Origin: Thermoanaerobaculia bacterium
Lineage (GTDB): Bacteria > Acidobacteriota > Thermoanaerobaculia > Multivoradales > Multivoraceae
Length of the DNA: 64,000 nt
Direction of reading: 5' to 3'
Assembly: GCA_963666565.1 (NCBI GenBank)
Contig: OY762911.1
Location: 2,272,001-2,336,000 of the forward strand
Shown here: positions 33,901 to 38,370 of the stretch, piece by piece
How positions within the stretch are numbered: position 1 is the stretch's first letter
Layout: the number at the start of each line of letters is the position of its first letter
The notes under the pieces: model-generated
The model's database searches: none
Told to the model about the DNA's origin: nothing
What the model saw: only the letters and a program-made list of their open reading frames with translations
Position numbers and translations under genes: made by a program

Positions 33901-36900
33901 CCGGTGGCGGCGGGGAAAGTCACCGTGGTGATCGCGGCGTTCTGCACGTAGACCTTGTCGGCGATGCTGGCGTCGTCGGCGAACGAGGGGCTGTTGTCCT
34001 GGGTGACGGTGATGTCGAAGGTGGCGGTCGCGGTGTCGCCGTTCGCGTCGGTGACGGTGTAGGTGTACTCCGCAGCGGTCTGGTGGCCGGTCGGGGTGCC
34101 CGAGAGCTGGCGGGACGAGGCGGTGAAGGTCAGGCCCGGCGGCAGCGCCGGCGATCCGGAGGTCTTCGACAGCGTGTAGGTCAGGGGCGTGTTGCCGCCG
34201 GTCGCGGCGGGCAGGGTCAGCGCGGTGATGGCGCTGTCCTGGTGGTAGCTCTGGTCGGAGACCGAGCCCAGCGAGGGCTGCGCGTCGGCCTCCACCGTGA
34301 GGTCGAAGGTCAGGGTGTCCGTGTCGCCGTCAGCGTCGGTGACGGTGTAGGTGTAGGCGGTCTCGGCCTTGAGCGCCGTCGGGGTGCCCGAGAGCTGGCG
34401 CGAGGAAGCGGTGAACGAGAGGCCCGTCGGCGGTTCCGGCGACAGCGAGTAGGTCAGCGGCGTGTCGCCGCCGGTGGCGGCGGGGAAAGTCACCGTGGTG
34501 ATCGCGGCGTTCTGCACGTAGACCTTGTCGGCGATGCTGGCGTCGTCGGCGAAGGAGGGGCTGTTGTCCTGGGTGACGGTGATGTCGAAGGTGGCGGTCG
34601 CGGTGTCGCCGTTCGCGTCGGTGACCGTGTAGGTGTACTCCGCAGCGGTCTGGTGGCCGGTCGGGGTGCCCGAGAGCTGGCGGGACGAGGCGGTGAAGGT
34701 CAGGCCCGGCGGCAGCGACGGCGATCCGGAGGTCTTCGACAGCGTGTAGGTCAGGGGCGTGTTGCCGCCGGTGGCGGCGGGCAGGGTCAGTGCGGTGATG
34801 GCGCTGTCCTGGTGGTAGGTCTGGTCGGAGACCGAGCCCAGGGTGGGCTGCGCGTCGGCCTCCACCGTGAGGTCGAAGGTCAGGGTGTCCGTGTCGCCGT
34901 CAGCGTCGGTGACGGTGTAGGTGTAGGCGGTCTCGGCCTTGAGCGCCGTCGGGGTGCCCGAGAGCTGGCGCGAGGAAGCGGTGAACGAGAGGCCCGTCGG
35001 CGGCTCCGGCGACAGCGAGTAGGTCAGCGGCGTGTCGCCGCCGGTGGCCGCGGGGAATGTCACCGTGGTGATCGCGGCGTTCTGCACGTAGACCTTGTCG
35101 GCGATGCTGGCGTCGTCGGCGAAGGAGGGGCTGTTGTCCTGGGTGACGGTGATGTCGAAGGTGGCGGTCGCGGTGTCGCCGTTCGCGTCGGTGACCGTGT
35201 AGGTGTACTCCGCAGCGGTCTGGTGGCCGGTCGGGGTGCCCGAGAGCTGGCGGGACGAGGCGGTGAAGGTCAGGCCCGGCGGCAGCGCCGGCGATCCGGA
35301 GGTCTTCGACAGCGTGTAGGTCAGGGGCGTGTTGCCGCCGGTGGCGGCGGGCAGGGTCAGCGCGGTGATGGCGCTGTCCTGGTGGTAGGTCTGGTCGGAG
35401 ACCGAGCCCAGCGAGGGCTGCGCGTCGGCCTCCACCGTGAGGTCGAAGGTCAGGGTGTCCGTGTCGCCGTCAGCGTCGGTGACGGTGTAGGTGTAGGCGG
35501 TCTCGGCCTTGAGCGCCGTCGGGGTGCCCGAGAGCTGGCGCGAGGAAGCGGTGAACGAGAGCCCTGTCGGCGGCTCCGGCGACAGCGAGTAGGTCAGCGG
35601 CGTGTCGCCGCCCGTCGCCGCGGGGAAAGTCACCGTGGTGATCGCGGCGTTCTGCACGTAGACCTTGTCGGCGATGCTGGCGTCGTCGGCGAACGAGGGG
35701 CTGTTGTCCTGGGTGACGGTGATGTCGAAGGTGGCGGTCGCGGTGTCGCCGTCCTGGTCGGTGACGGTGTAGGTGTAGCCGGTGGCGGTCTGGTGGCCGG
35801 TGGGAGTGCCGGAGAGCTGGCGCGACGAGGCGGTGAAGCTCAGCCCCGGCGGCAGCGCCGGCGTGCCGCTGGTCCTGGCCAGGGTGTAGGTGTAGGGGGC
35901 GTTGCCGCCGGTGGCGGCGGGCAGGGTCAGCGCGGTGATGGCGCTGTCCTGGTGGTAGGTCTGGTCGGAGACCGAGCCCAGAGAGGGCTGCGCGTCCGCC
36001 TCCACCGTGATGTCGAAGGTCAGCGTGGCCGTGTCGCCGTCAGTGTCGGTCGCCGTGTAGGTGTAGCCGACGGCGCTCTGCAGCGTCGTCGGCGTGCCCG
36101 ACAGGGTGCGCGTGGCTGCGGCGAAGCTCAACCCCGGCGGCAGCGCCGGGGTGCCGCTGGTCCGCGCCAGGGTGTATGTGGTCGTGCCGTTCCCGCCCGT
36201 GGCCGCCGGCAGGGTCAGCGCCGTGATGGCCGCGCTCTGGGTCCAGGTCTGGTCGGCCACCGTGCCCTGTCCGAACGAAGGATCGGTGTCGGCCTCGATG
36301 GCGATGGTGAAGCTCTGCGTGCCGACGTCGCCGTCGTAGTCGGTCGCGGTGTAGGTGTAGCTGGTCGCCTGCTGCGTCCCGGTCGGCGTGCCGGTGATCT
36401 CCCGCTTCGAGGCGTCCAACGAGAGGCCCGCCGGCAGCGTCGGCGAGATGGAGTAGGCGATGGGCGAGTTGCCGCCGGTGGCCTCCGGCAGGGTGAGCGT
36501 CGAGATGGCGGTGTTCTGAACGAAGGCCTGGTTCGCCACCGCGCCGACCGACGGCGTGGAATCCGCCTCCACCGCGATGCGGAAGCTGAGGCTGGCCGTC
36601 TTGCTGGCACTGTCGGTGACGGTGTAGGTGTAGGTCTGCGACGCGGAGAGCGTGGTCGGCGTGCCGGACAACTGCCGCGACGAAGCCGTGAACGTCAGCC
36701 CCGCCGGCGGGGTGGGCGAGAGCGAGTAGGTATAGGCCGGGTCGCCGCCGGTGGCCGCCGGCAGGGTCAGTGCGGTGATTGCGGCGTTCTGCACGAAGCC
36801 GTAGTCGGCGATGGTGGCGGTGCCGAACGTGAGCGGCCCTTTCGGGGTGGCCGTCACCTCGCTGGAAGCGGTACCCGCTACGTCGTTGTGGGCGCGGACC

Positions 36901-38033
36901 TTGAAGGTGTGCGCCGTGCCGTTCGTCAGGCCTGTGACCGTGTAGCTTGTGGTGGTCGAGCTGCTTCCGGTGATGTCCGTCCAGGAGCCGTAGGCCCCGG
37001 TCGTCTTGTACTGGTACTGCCACTTGGAGATCGTCTCTTTGGATGCTGAGCCCTGGACCCAACTCAGAGTCACCTGTGCGTTGCCAGCCGTCGCGCTCAG
37101 GCTCGGTGCTGCCAGCACGACATCGTCGTCGATTTCGGTCACGACTCGGCTTTGCTTGACGCCGTCGTAGCCGCCGCCCGCGGCAGTCATCACGATGCTG
37201 CCGCTGTTGTCTGTGGTGTCCGCATCCTCGGCGGCGCTTACGGTGATCGTCTGCGCCGTCTTTCGGTTCGCGGGGGTGAAGGTCAGCGACGCCGGACTGG
37301 GCGTCAAGTCCTGGTCCTTTGGCAGCGGCGCCGTGCTCAGGCTCACCGTGACGTTGGCCGATGGAACGGTACCCAAGTAGATCTGGAAGGTGGTGGACTT
37401 TCCCTCGACGGCCCTCAGGCTCTTGCCCGACGCGCTCGCCGAGCGCGTGTCCTGAAACTTGACAAGCGGGTTCGGCGGCACGCCGTAGACGCCCGCTTGG
37501 TAGCTCACTCCGTTCCAGTCGGTGTCGGTGCTGGTCGCCGTGAGTGTCAGATAGCAGAACTTGTTCTTCGCGCCCGCCTTCGCGCCTACTTCGCCGACTT
37601 GGGTCACGGACCAATCGGAAGGGGTAAACGTGAGCGAGGTCGGATCCGCCTCGAACAACGAGACTGCGTCGCTCGGGTGGCACGAAGTGAACGTCACAGC
37701 CACGGTCACGTCCGCCATGGGTGCGGCCGACAGGACGACGCTGAAGAGCTCTTCTCCCGTCTCGGAGATCGCCGCGTTTTCGACAGAGGCCGTGAGTGAC
37801 TGCGCCAACGTGGTTCCTGGCGCTACCAGAGCCGCGAAAGCCAGCCCCGCAGCGAACCGCTTCGCGTCAGTCAGGGCCGCCTCGGCACGGGCGGGCGTTC
37901 TTCCGGGGTCGGCCGCGTACCGTAGTCGTGGCGCCGACGGCCGGCCGCCGGCGCGCCGGAAACGTCGCCGTGCTTCGGCCACGGCTCGGCGAGCGGTGTT
38001 CATCCGACTTCGACCTCCGGCAATCTCGGCCAT
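12990..38033 (-). CDS. Giant (8347 aa) repeat-rich surface protein/adhesin with C-terminal autotransporter-like beta-barrel
   Basis: Order from the N-terminus: signal peptide (...GTTLA-QS), 2 Calx-beta-like Ig domains, 1 FN3, ~26 putative Ig (He_PIG-like) domains, 1 PKD, 16 FN3, ~23 Calx-like repeats (LTFTTxNWNTDQTVTL), ~6 cadherin/Ig-like domains, a helix, a Gly-Phe linker and a barrel (WALWGSGD..., RLRLGIEFS, GLEVAGGVRY). Alternative start at 38003. Confidence 0.9.
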   Translation of the reverse strand: MAEIAGGRSRMNTARRAVAEARRRFRRAGGRPSAPRLRYAADPGRTPARAEAALTDAKRFAAGLAFAALVAPGTTLAQSLTASVENAAISETGEELFSVVLSAAPMADVTVAVTFTSCHPSDAVSLFEADPTSLTFTPSDWSVTQVGEVGAKAGAKNKFCYLTLTATSTDTDWNGVSYQAGVYGVPPNPLVKFQDTRSASASGKSLRAVEGKSTTFQIYLGTVPSANVTVSLSTAPLPKDQDLTPSPASLTFTPANRKTAQTITVSAAEDADTTDNSGSIVMTAAGGGYDGVKQSRVVTEIDDDVVLAAPSLSATAGNAQVTLSWVQGSASKETISKWQYQYKTTGAYGSWTDITGSSSTTTSYTVTGLTNGTAHTFKVRAHNDVAGTASSEVTATPKGPLTFGTATIADYGFVQNAAITALTLPAATGGDPAYTYSLSPTPPAGLTFTASSRQLSGTPTTLSASQTYTYTVTDSASKTASLSFRIAVEADSTPSVGAVANQAFVQNTAISTLTLPEATGGNSPIAYSISPTLPAGLSLDASKREITGTPTGTQQATSYTYTATDYDGDVGTQSFTIAIEADTDPSFGQGTVADQTWTQSAAITALTLPAATGGNGTTTYTLARTSGTPALPPGLSFAAATRTLSGTPTTLQSAVGYTYTATDTDGDTATLTFDITVEADAQPSLGSVSDQTYHQDSAITALTLPAATGGNAPYTYTLARTSGTPALPPGLSFTASSRQLSGTPTGHQTATGYTYTVTDQDGDTATATFDITVTQDNSPSFADDASIADKVYVQNAAITTVTFPAATGGDTPLTYSLSPEPPTGLSFTASSRQLSGTPTALKAETAYTYTVTDADGDTDTLTFDLTVEADAQPSLGSVSDQTYHQDSAITALTLPAATGGNTPLTYTLSKTSGSPALPPGLTFTASSRQLSGTPTGHQTAAEYTYTVTDANGDTATATFDITVTQDNSPSFADDASIADKVYVQNAAITTVTFPAATGGDTPLTYSLSPEPPTGLSFTASSRQLSGTPTALKAETAYTYTVTDADGDTDTLTFDLTVEADAQPTLGSVSDQTYHQDSAITALTLPAATGGNTPLTYTLSKTSGSPSLPPGLTFTASSRQLSGTPTGHQTAAEYTYTVTDANGDTATATFDITVTQDNSPSFADDASIADKVYVQNAAITTVTFPAATGGDTPLTYSLSPEPPTGLSFTASSRQLSGTPTALKAETAYTYTVTDADGDTDTLTFDLTVEADAQPSLGSVSDQSYHQDSAITALTLPAATGGNTPLTYTLSKTSGSPALPPGLTFTASSRQLSGTPTGHQTAAEYTYTVTDANGDTATATFDITVTQDNSPSFADDASIADKVYVQNAAITTVTFPAATGGDTPLTYSLSPEPPTGLSFTASSRQLSGTPTALKAETAYTYTVTDNDGDTDTLTFDLTVEADAQPSLGSVSDQTYHQDSAITALTLPAATGGNTPLTYTLSKTSGSPALPPGLTFTASSRQLSGTPTGHQTAAEYTYTVTDANGDTATATFDITVTQDNSPSFADDASIADKVYVQNAAIATVTFPAATGGDTPLTYSLSPEPPTGLSFTASSRQLSGTPTALKAETAYTYTVTDADGDTDTLTFDLTVEADAQPTLGSVSDQTYHQDSAITTLTLPAATGGNTPLTYTLSKTSGSPALPPGLTFTASSRQLSGTPTGHQTAAEYTYTVTDANGDTATATFDITVTQDNSPSFADDASIADKVYVQNAAITTVTFPAATGGDTPLTYSLSPEPPTGLSFTASSRQLSGTPTALKAETAYTYTVTDADGDTDTLTFDITVEADAQPSLGSVSDQSYHQDSAITALTLPAATGGNTPLTYTLSKTSGSPALPPGLTFTASSRQLSGTPTGHQTAAEYTYTVTDANGDTATATFDITVTQDNSPSFADDASIADKVYVQNAAITTVTFPAATGGDTPLTYSLSPEPPTGLSFTASSRQLSGTPTALKAETAYTYTVTDADGDTDTLTFDLTVEADAQPSLGSVSDQTYHQDSAITALTLPAATGGNTPLTYTLSKTSGSPALPPGLTFTASSRQLSGTPTGHQTATGYTYTVTDQDGDTATATFDITVTQDNSPSFADDASIADKVYVQNAAITTVTFPAATGGDTPLTYSLSPEPPTGLSFTASSRQLSGTPTALKAETAYTYTVTDNDGDTDTLTFDLTVEADAQPTLGSVSDQTYHQDSAITALTLPAATGGNTPLTYTLSKTSGSPALPPGLTFTASSRQLSGTPTGHQTATGYTYTVTDQDGDTATATFDITVTQDNSPSFADDASIADKVYVQNAAITTVTFPAATGGDTPLTYSLSPEPPTGLSFTASSRQLSGTPTALKAETAYTYTVTDADGDTDTLTFDLTVEADAQPTLGSVSDQTYHQDSAITALTLPAATGGNTPLTYTLSKTSGSPALPPGLTFTASSRQLSGTPTGHQTAAEYTYTVTDANGDTATATFDITVTQDNSPSFADDASIADKVYVQNAAITTVTFPAATGGDTPLTYSLSPEPPTGLSFTASSRQLSGTPTALKAETAYTYTVTDADGDTDTLTFDITVEADTQPSLGSVSDQTYHQDSAITTLTLPAATGGNTPLTYTLSKTSGSPALPPGLTFTASSRQLSGTPTGHQTAAEYTYTVTDANGDTATATFDITVTQDNSPSFADDASIADKVYVQNAAITTVTFPAATGGDTPLTYSLSPEPPTGLSFTASSRQLSGTPTALKAETAYTYTVTDADGDTDTLTFDLTVEADTQPSLGSVSDQSYHQNSAITTLTLPAATGGNAPYTYTLARTSGTPALPPGLTFTASSRQLSGTPTGHQTATGYTYTATDQDGDTATATFDIEIDANTAPNANAGSDQSVLSGTTVTLDGSASSDPEEQALTYAWTQIPTPPAVTVTNPVTLSSQTVAGPTFTAPSTTANLTLTFRLQVTDSLGLASATDTVEVLVKGLPAAPTGLTSSYANPGVTLTWTNPNDSSITGWEYRWRRTTDTFTDDLWEAIPNSGATTTSATVGGGAGVTLVFQVRAVNANGAGAPSNTTSELMPPLPPTGLSFTGGDSQVTLSWTDPLDSSITSWQYRLKDGSWTTVASSGAATTSATVTGLTNGLIYTYQVRAVNSAGASGPSGEVAAMTVPAKRNLSATPGPGQVTLGWGGPNLSHIVKFRYRKKSAGSSDYGSWTDVPGSSASTTGYTVTGLAPGTEYAFQVRAVNPGGEGVVSDEAKATPTGSAATQAPAAPTITIATGDGRVRLSWSDPDDDSVSRYDYRQKTAGTWGSATNVADSGASTTSHTVTGLTNGASYAFQVRAANSVGTSAWSNEVSTTLFSKPAGLTATPRDGGADLAWTNLNDSTVTAWQYRYRTDGGSYGAWNLMSGSGASTTSHSVAGLDNGHTYGFRIRPVKTGAAGPSSDEASATLIPAKPAGLAAKAGDARVALTWTDPDNSSITRWEFRKKEGTNAWEASWTAVAGSGASTAAHTVTGLTNGTEYRFLVRAVNATGNGAQSDAATATPQAFPPAPTGLTATGGNRTVTLAWTSAGGAGIVRWRFQMRAGSHDWDHDPRWFDIPGGASAATHTVTGLDNYTEYGFRVAAINHIGPGYASTEARATPRPVVPAAPTDLAGTAGDRQVVLNWTDGDDGGSPVTTWQVVRKDGTNAWGTTWTDLPRSRTVTGLTNGTSYRFKVRGVNAAGSGAESAPSDPVSPAAAAPSAPTGLSAATASADSVLLTWTNPADLSISDWQVQQAVPPSIPFGADAWYSVPGAGASTTSATVTGLRYRGVQSFRIRAVNGHGGGAASAGVQARPAAPAPTLAKSVGQLAVTWTAPLNLGPALSGYTVQWKSGGESFGSSRQATATGTSHSIGSLTDGTEYSVRVRAANAAGDGPWSSVVAATPGANPPLKPTRPRAVAGNAQVSLTWTAGGNGGSAITSWKVRQKAGTNAWGAWTAIPGSNATTTSHTATTLTNGIEYTFQVLAVNSAGDGAASDDSNPVTPSVTGPTAPAAPTNLTATPGNAQVALSWTAGDDGDSAVTMWKVRRKDGTNPWGSWTAIPDSNASTTGYTATPLTNGTAYRFQVRAANSVGDGTASAEAAATPAGPPGAPTGLKVNVESHQRLLVAWLEPADDGGADISNYWVQWKSGTQEFSTSRQLHAGAAADTDGYVKRSIFGLTNATTYTVRVQAVTSGGAGPWSSTATGTPRATVPDAPAITVTTGNTRLEVSWAAPASNGSDITGYTVQWTDISNPWSSSTPQTVTGTTATISGLTNDTKYFVRVRATNAVGDSDWSVEASGTPDGVPDAPAGLVVRTRDRFLAFGWAAPASNGSAITGYTVQWKSGAEEWGLSNRQHTTTATQHSWGALENGTAYTFRVRATNGAGDGPWSAEKTGTPGHAPAKPTGLTAAGANARASLTWTSGGDGGSPITRWQVRRKKGNAAWGDWTDIAGSGAATTSHTVTGLDHGSTYSFQVRAVNTTGEGSASDAATATTSSISLTPSTGVTVNEGSTVDYKVKLALRPTGDVTVAVARKTGNDQDSDISVKTGSSLTFTTDNWNTDQTVTLQAAQDSDGENGTAVIRHSASGGGYASVVAEFTATEGDDDTKAFTLSSPSGVTVNEGSTVDYQVKLATKPTGDVTVTVARKTGNDQDSDIDVHTGGTLTFTTANWNTDQTVTLEADQDEDGENGTAVIKHTAEGGGYGSVTAELTATEGDDDTKGFTLTPSAGVTVNEGSTADYKVKLATKPTGDVTVTVARKTGNDQDSDIDVKTGASLTFTTANWNTDQTVTLEADQDEDGDNGTATIRHTAEGGGYGAVTAELTATEGDDDTKAFTLTPSAGVSVTEGSTADYKVKLATKPSGDVTVTVARSTAGTQDTDIDVKTGASLTFTTTNWNTDQTVTLEADEDHDGDNGTAVIKHTAEGGGYGAVTANLTATESDNDTKGFTLNPTSVSVTEGSTASYKIKLTTKPSASVTVTVARSTAGTQDTDIDVKTGASLTFTTTNWNTDQTVTLEADEDHDGDNGTAVIKHTAAGGGYGSVTANLTATESDNDTKGFTLNPTSVSVTEGSTASYKVKLTTKPSASVTVTVARSTTGNQDEDIDVKTGASLTFTTTNWNTDQTVTLEADEDHDGDNGTAVIKHTAAGGGYGAVTANLTATESDNDTKGFTLNPTSVSVTEGSTASYKIKLATKPSASVTVTVARSTTGTQDEDIDVKTGASLTFTTTNWNTDQTVTLEADEDHDGDNGTAVIKHTAAGGGYGSVTANLTATESDNDTKGFTLNPTSVSVTEGSTASYKIKLATKPSASVTVTVARSTTGTQDENIDVKTGASLTFTTTNWNTDQTVTLEADEDNDGDNGTAVIKHTAAGGGYGSVTANLTATESDNDTKGFTLNPTSVSVTEGSTASYKIKLATKPSASVTVTVARSTTGTQDEDIDVKTGASLTFTTTNWNTDQTVTLEADEDHDGDNGTAVIKHTAAGGGYGSVTANLTATESDNDTKGFTLNPTSVSVTEGSTASYKIKLATKPSASVTVTVARSTTGTQDENIDVKTGASLTFTTTNWNTDQTVTLEADEDHDGDNGTAVIKHTAAGGGYGSVTANLTATESDNDTKGFTLNPTSVSVTEGSTASYKIKLTTKPSASVTVTVARSTTGTQDENIDVKTGASLTFTTTNWNTDQTVTLEADEDHDGDNGTAVIKHTAAGGGYGSVTANLTATESDNDTKGFTLNPTSVSVTEGSTASYKIKLTTKPSASVTVTVARSTAGTQDEDIDVKTGASLTFTTTNWNTDQTVTLEADEDNDGDNGTAVIKHTAAGGGYGSVAANLTATEADNDTKGFTLNPTSVSVTEGSTASYKIKLTTKPSASVTVTVARSTSGTQDTDISVKTGASLTFTTTNWNTDQTVTLEADEDHDGDNGTAVIKHTAAGGGYGSVAANLTATEADNDTKGFTLNPTSVSVTEGSTASYKIKLTTKPSASVTVTVARSTTGTQDTDISVKTGASITFTTTNWNTDQTVTLEADDDNDGDNGTAVIKHTAAGGGYGSVTANLTATEADNDTKGFTLNPTSVSVPEGSTASYKIKLATKPSASVTVTVARSTSGTQDTDISVKTGASLTFTTTNWNTDQTVTLEADDDDDGDNGTAVIVHTASNGGYGSVTANLTATENDDDTKAITITPSSGVSVPEGSTASYKVRLATKPSASVTVAVARSNTGTQDEDISVKTGASLTFTTANWNADQTVTLEADDDNDGDDGTAVIVHSASNGGYGSVSANLTATEDDDDTKAITLSSPSGVTVDEGSTATYDVKLATKPSASVTVAVARKSGNDQDDDISVKTGASLTFTTANWNTDQTVTLEADDDNDGDDGTATIEHSASGGGYDDVTAELTATENDDDTKALTVTPSSGVTIGEGSTASYKVKLATKPSDDVTVSVARKSGNDQDDDISVKTGASLTFTTANWNTDQTVTLEADDDNDGDDGAATIEHSASGGGYDDVTAELTATESDDDTKSIVLSSPSGVTVGEGSTADYKVKLATKPSGNVTVSVARSTSGTQDGDIGVKTGASLTFTTANWNTDQTVTLEAAQDNDGENGTATIEHSASGGGYDNVAADLTATESDDDAKSIVLSSPSGVTVGEGSTADYKVKLATKPSGNVTVSVARSTSGTQDGDIGVKTGASLTFTTDNWNTDRTVTLEAAQDNDGENGTATIVHSASGGGYDNVTANLTATESDDDTKAIVLSSPSGVTVGEGSTADYKVKLATKPSGNVTVSVARSTSGTQDGDIGVKTGASLTFTTANWNTDKTVTLEAAQDNDGENGTATIAHSASGGGYDNVTAQLTATENDDDTVGIVLSTASVTVGEGGEASYQIRLATEPTGSVSVSVSRTSGDQDLSIKTGASLTFTTVNWNTDQTVTLQAADDADGLNGQAVFGHTASGGGYGSATATLTATEQDDDDGGEFTVSPSTLALGEGGEATYSVSLSTQPASDVTVTVTSSDPSSVTVDPSQLTFTATNYANAQTVTATAVDDQDADSETVDIGNTATGGGYAHAATVVVTVTDDDLPSAEVGEAPSGPSAAGAIPDVTVEEGAVHSFDAASYFSSDAEEFAAQSANGGVASAGASGSRVQVTGKVAGTTTVTVTASNDDGSADQTFQVTVEAAPVTVVAPPPEQTVTIQAGPPGGDGGGGDGDGGGDGDGGGDGGGGDGGGGQPGGGAKEVDLSRVFQGGSEDSVTYTAVSSAPGVATVHLDGARLVITPVSPGTATITVTATGSANAVQTSFQVTVLDVAPAASEPLADVMLTFGGESLTVDAAPAFDGTNLTWAATAENPAVANVEVDGPSLTLTPLSVGATIVTVAASNPRGSAEGTFLVTVRDQAPGVRTQLRDREIRVDERPLRVDLADAFSGTNLEHDASSSEPEVAEVSVRKTALVVTPLTAGSVRVTVRASNPVGEAEQTFDVLVREAPPEAVGSLPDARLQVGDEPLEVDLGPAFAGTSLSFDASSSDVSVATAGVSMSPDGGARLAVSPLAAGGTTVTVRAYNAEGEAFQRFDVTVEDVAPEAVGSLPPITLVAGGSPRPVDVSEAFRGSALRFEARSLDPGVAEAVADSGEPEVLVSPVVEGRTEVVVAAINSAGRAEQRFDVTVVTDPAEKAVLEDVLAAVGQSTLTSSSSALRARFAANRSGCARLSVQGLQIPLRSGAAGRGSSRFAIPAPGTTPASGPGRGGAAATGTTPGSTIGSTHAAGLNAGALPAASGPGPAGAGRGAAVDPCAGAGTYGGFGGGYGGGFGAGLGGGLGGSFGGGFGGGLGAGFGGGPGAGFGGGFGSSFGGGLAGGFGGGFGSSFGGGLGGGLAGGFGSSFGGGLGGGLAGGFGGGLGGGFGGSFGGGPGGTLGMGYGGRFGSALGPGNTDPHHRDQAIAGVSFEIPLAGGALNAGGESQAGAEGAADGEDETRTARRSWALWGSGDFNSFTGRGEQGASFEGRARASYLGIDGRLGERWLAGLAIARSAASTDYAFAGGESGIDGDGKFETALTTVLPYLHYDTGSGREFWGLVGAGGGDADLDRRLGDAEFARESSDLSLLMGMIGGRWELRPRGGVALALIGDAAFAGLDTDEGERAVDGLAADVSRLRLGIEFSRGFATGAGSFTPFGEVAARQDGGDGAEGAGLEVAGGVRYESASGRVSVEARGRTLALHAADEYTETGYGLTAEVRSSEDGSGFSLSLTPTWGMADAGALWQDDASGAGPLSRLASAGGLSGGPEMSVRSLASYGFRLRSPGALIAPFAEVNAYGEEDPTVRAGVFFGLERNRWLLAVEMSTGTDPGPLAFAGGGGASAPDALAGGKPLTHTVVATFRFGARRPRR
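14390..14760 (-). repeat. Intragenic low-complexity 12-bp-based repeat encoding (GGG[F/L/Y]) tracts
   Basis: GGGFGAGLGGGLGGSFGGGF... about 120 aa. Confidence 0.9.
17200..24540 (-). repeat. Intragenic tandem array of about 22 units of 333/336 bp
   Basis: The GTGTTCCAGTT anchor recurs at 17341, 17665, 18001 ... 24016, 24352; 333-bp period in the core, 336 bp at the flanks. Confidence 0.95.
29430..36010 (-). repeat. Intragenic tandem array of 570-bp (190 aa, two-domain A/B) units, about 11.5 copies
   Basis: The ACCGAGCCCA anchor occurs at 29701, 30271 ... 35971 (11 x 570 bp); units are nearly identical. Confidence 0.95.
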
Positions 38034-38069
38034 GCCCTCCTTCGGAGGGCGAGGTTCACGAGATTAGCA
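38034..38069 (-). promoter_or_regulatory. Extended -10 (TGCTAATCT, 38061-38069) and SD-sequestering hairpin GCCCTCC-GAA-GGAGGGC directly before the ATG
   Basis: Perfect 7-bp inverted repeat at 38034-38050; the identical TGCTAATCT lies upstream of the thiolase (10645-10653). Confidence 0.55.
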
Positions 38070-38370
38070 CGAGAAAGACTCTAAACCGCCACTTGGCAAG
38101 CGTTTACGCTGGCGCGTTCCTCCCGCTGGCGCGTCCTGTTCCGCAGGCCGGCGGCCGCTGGTTCGGGGTCCGCTTTCGCTGCCGGTGCCGCGGGCCCGGC
38201 CGGGAGCCTCCGGCCCGCGGAGGGACGTCGCTGCTTCGCCGGCCGTGGCTTCAGCGGCGGCGAGGTCGATTCGCCCGTTCCAAGGGCGCCGATCCGCCCG
38301 CTCTACGGGCGGCGGGCCGGGGCCCTGCGGCCGGCGGGCCGCGGGGTCTACGGGCGGCGGGCCGCGCGCT

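Noticed and set aside
15843-37049. Huge plus-strand ORFs (2558 aa, 4367 aa) and many repeated 60-70 aa ORFs
   Set aside because: Antisense shadows of the giant gene, caused by GC-rich codon bias and its repeats; G/R/V-rich with no domain motifs.
38302-38364. 18-bp direct repeat TCTACGGGCGGCGGGCCG (38302, 38347) downstream of the SDR gene
   Set aside because: Only two copies in GC-rich low-complexity intergenic DNA; no supportable function.
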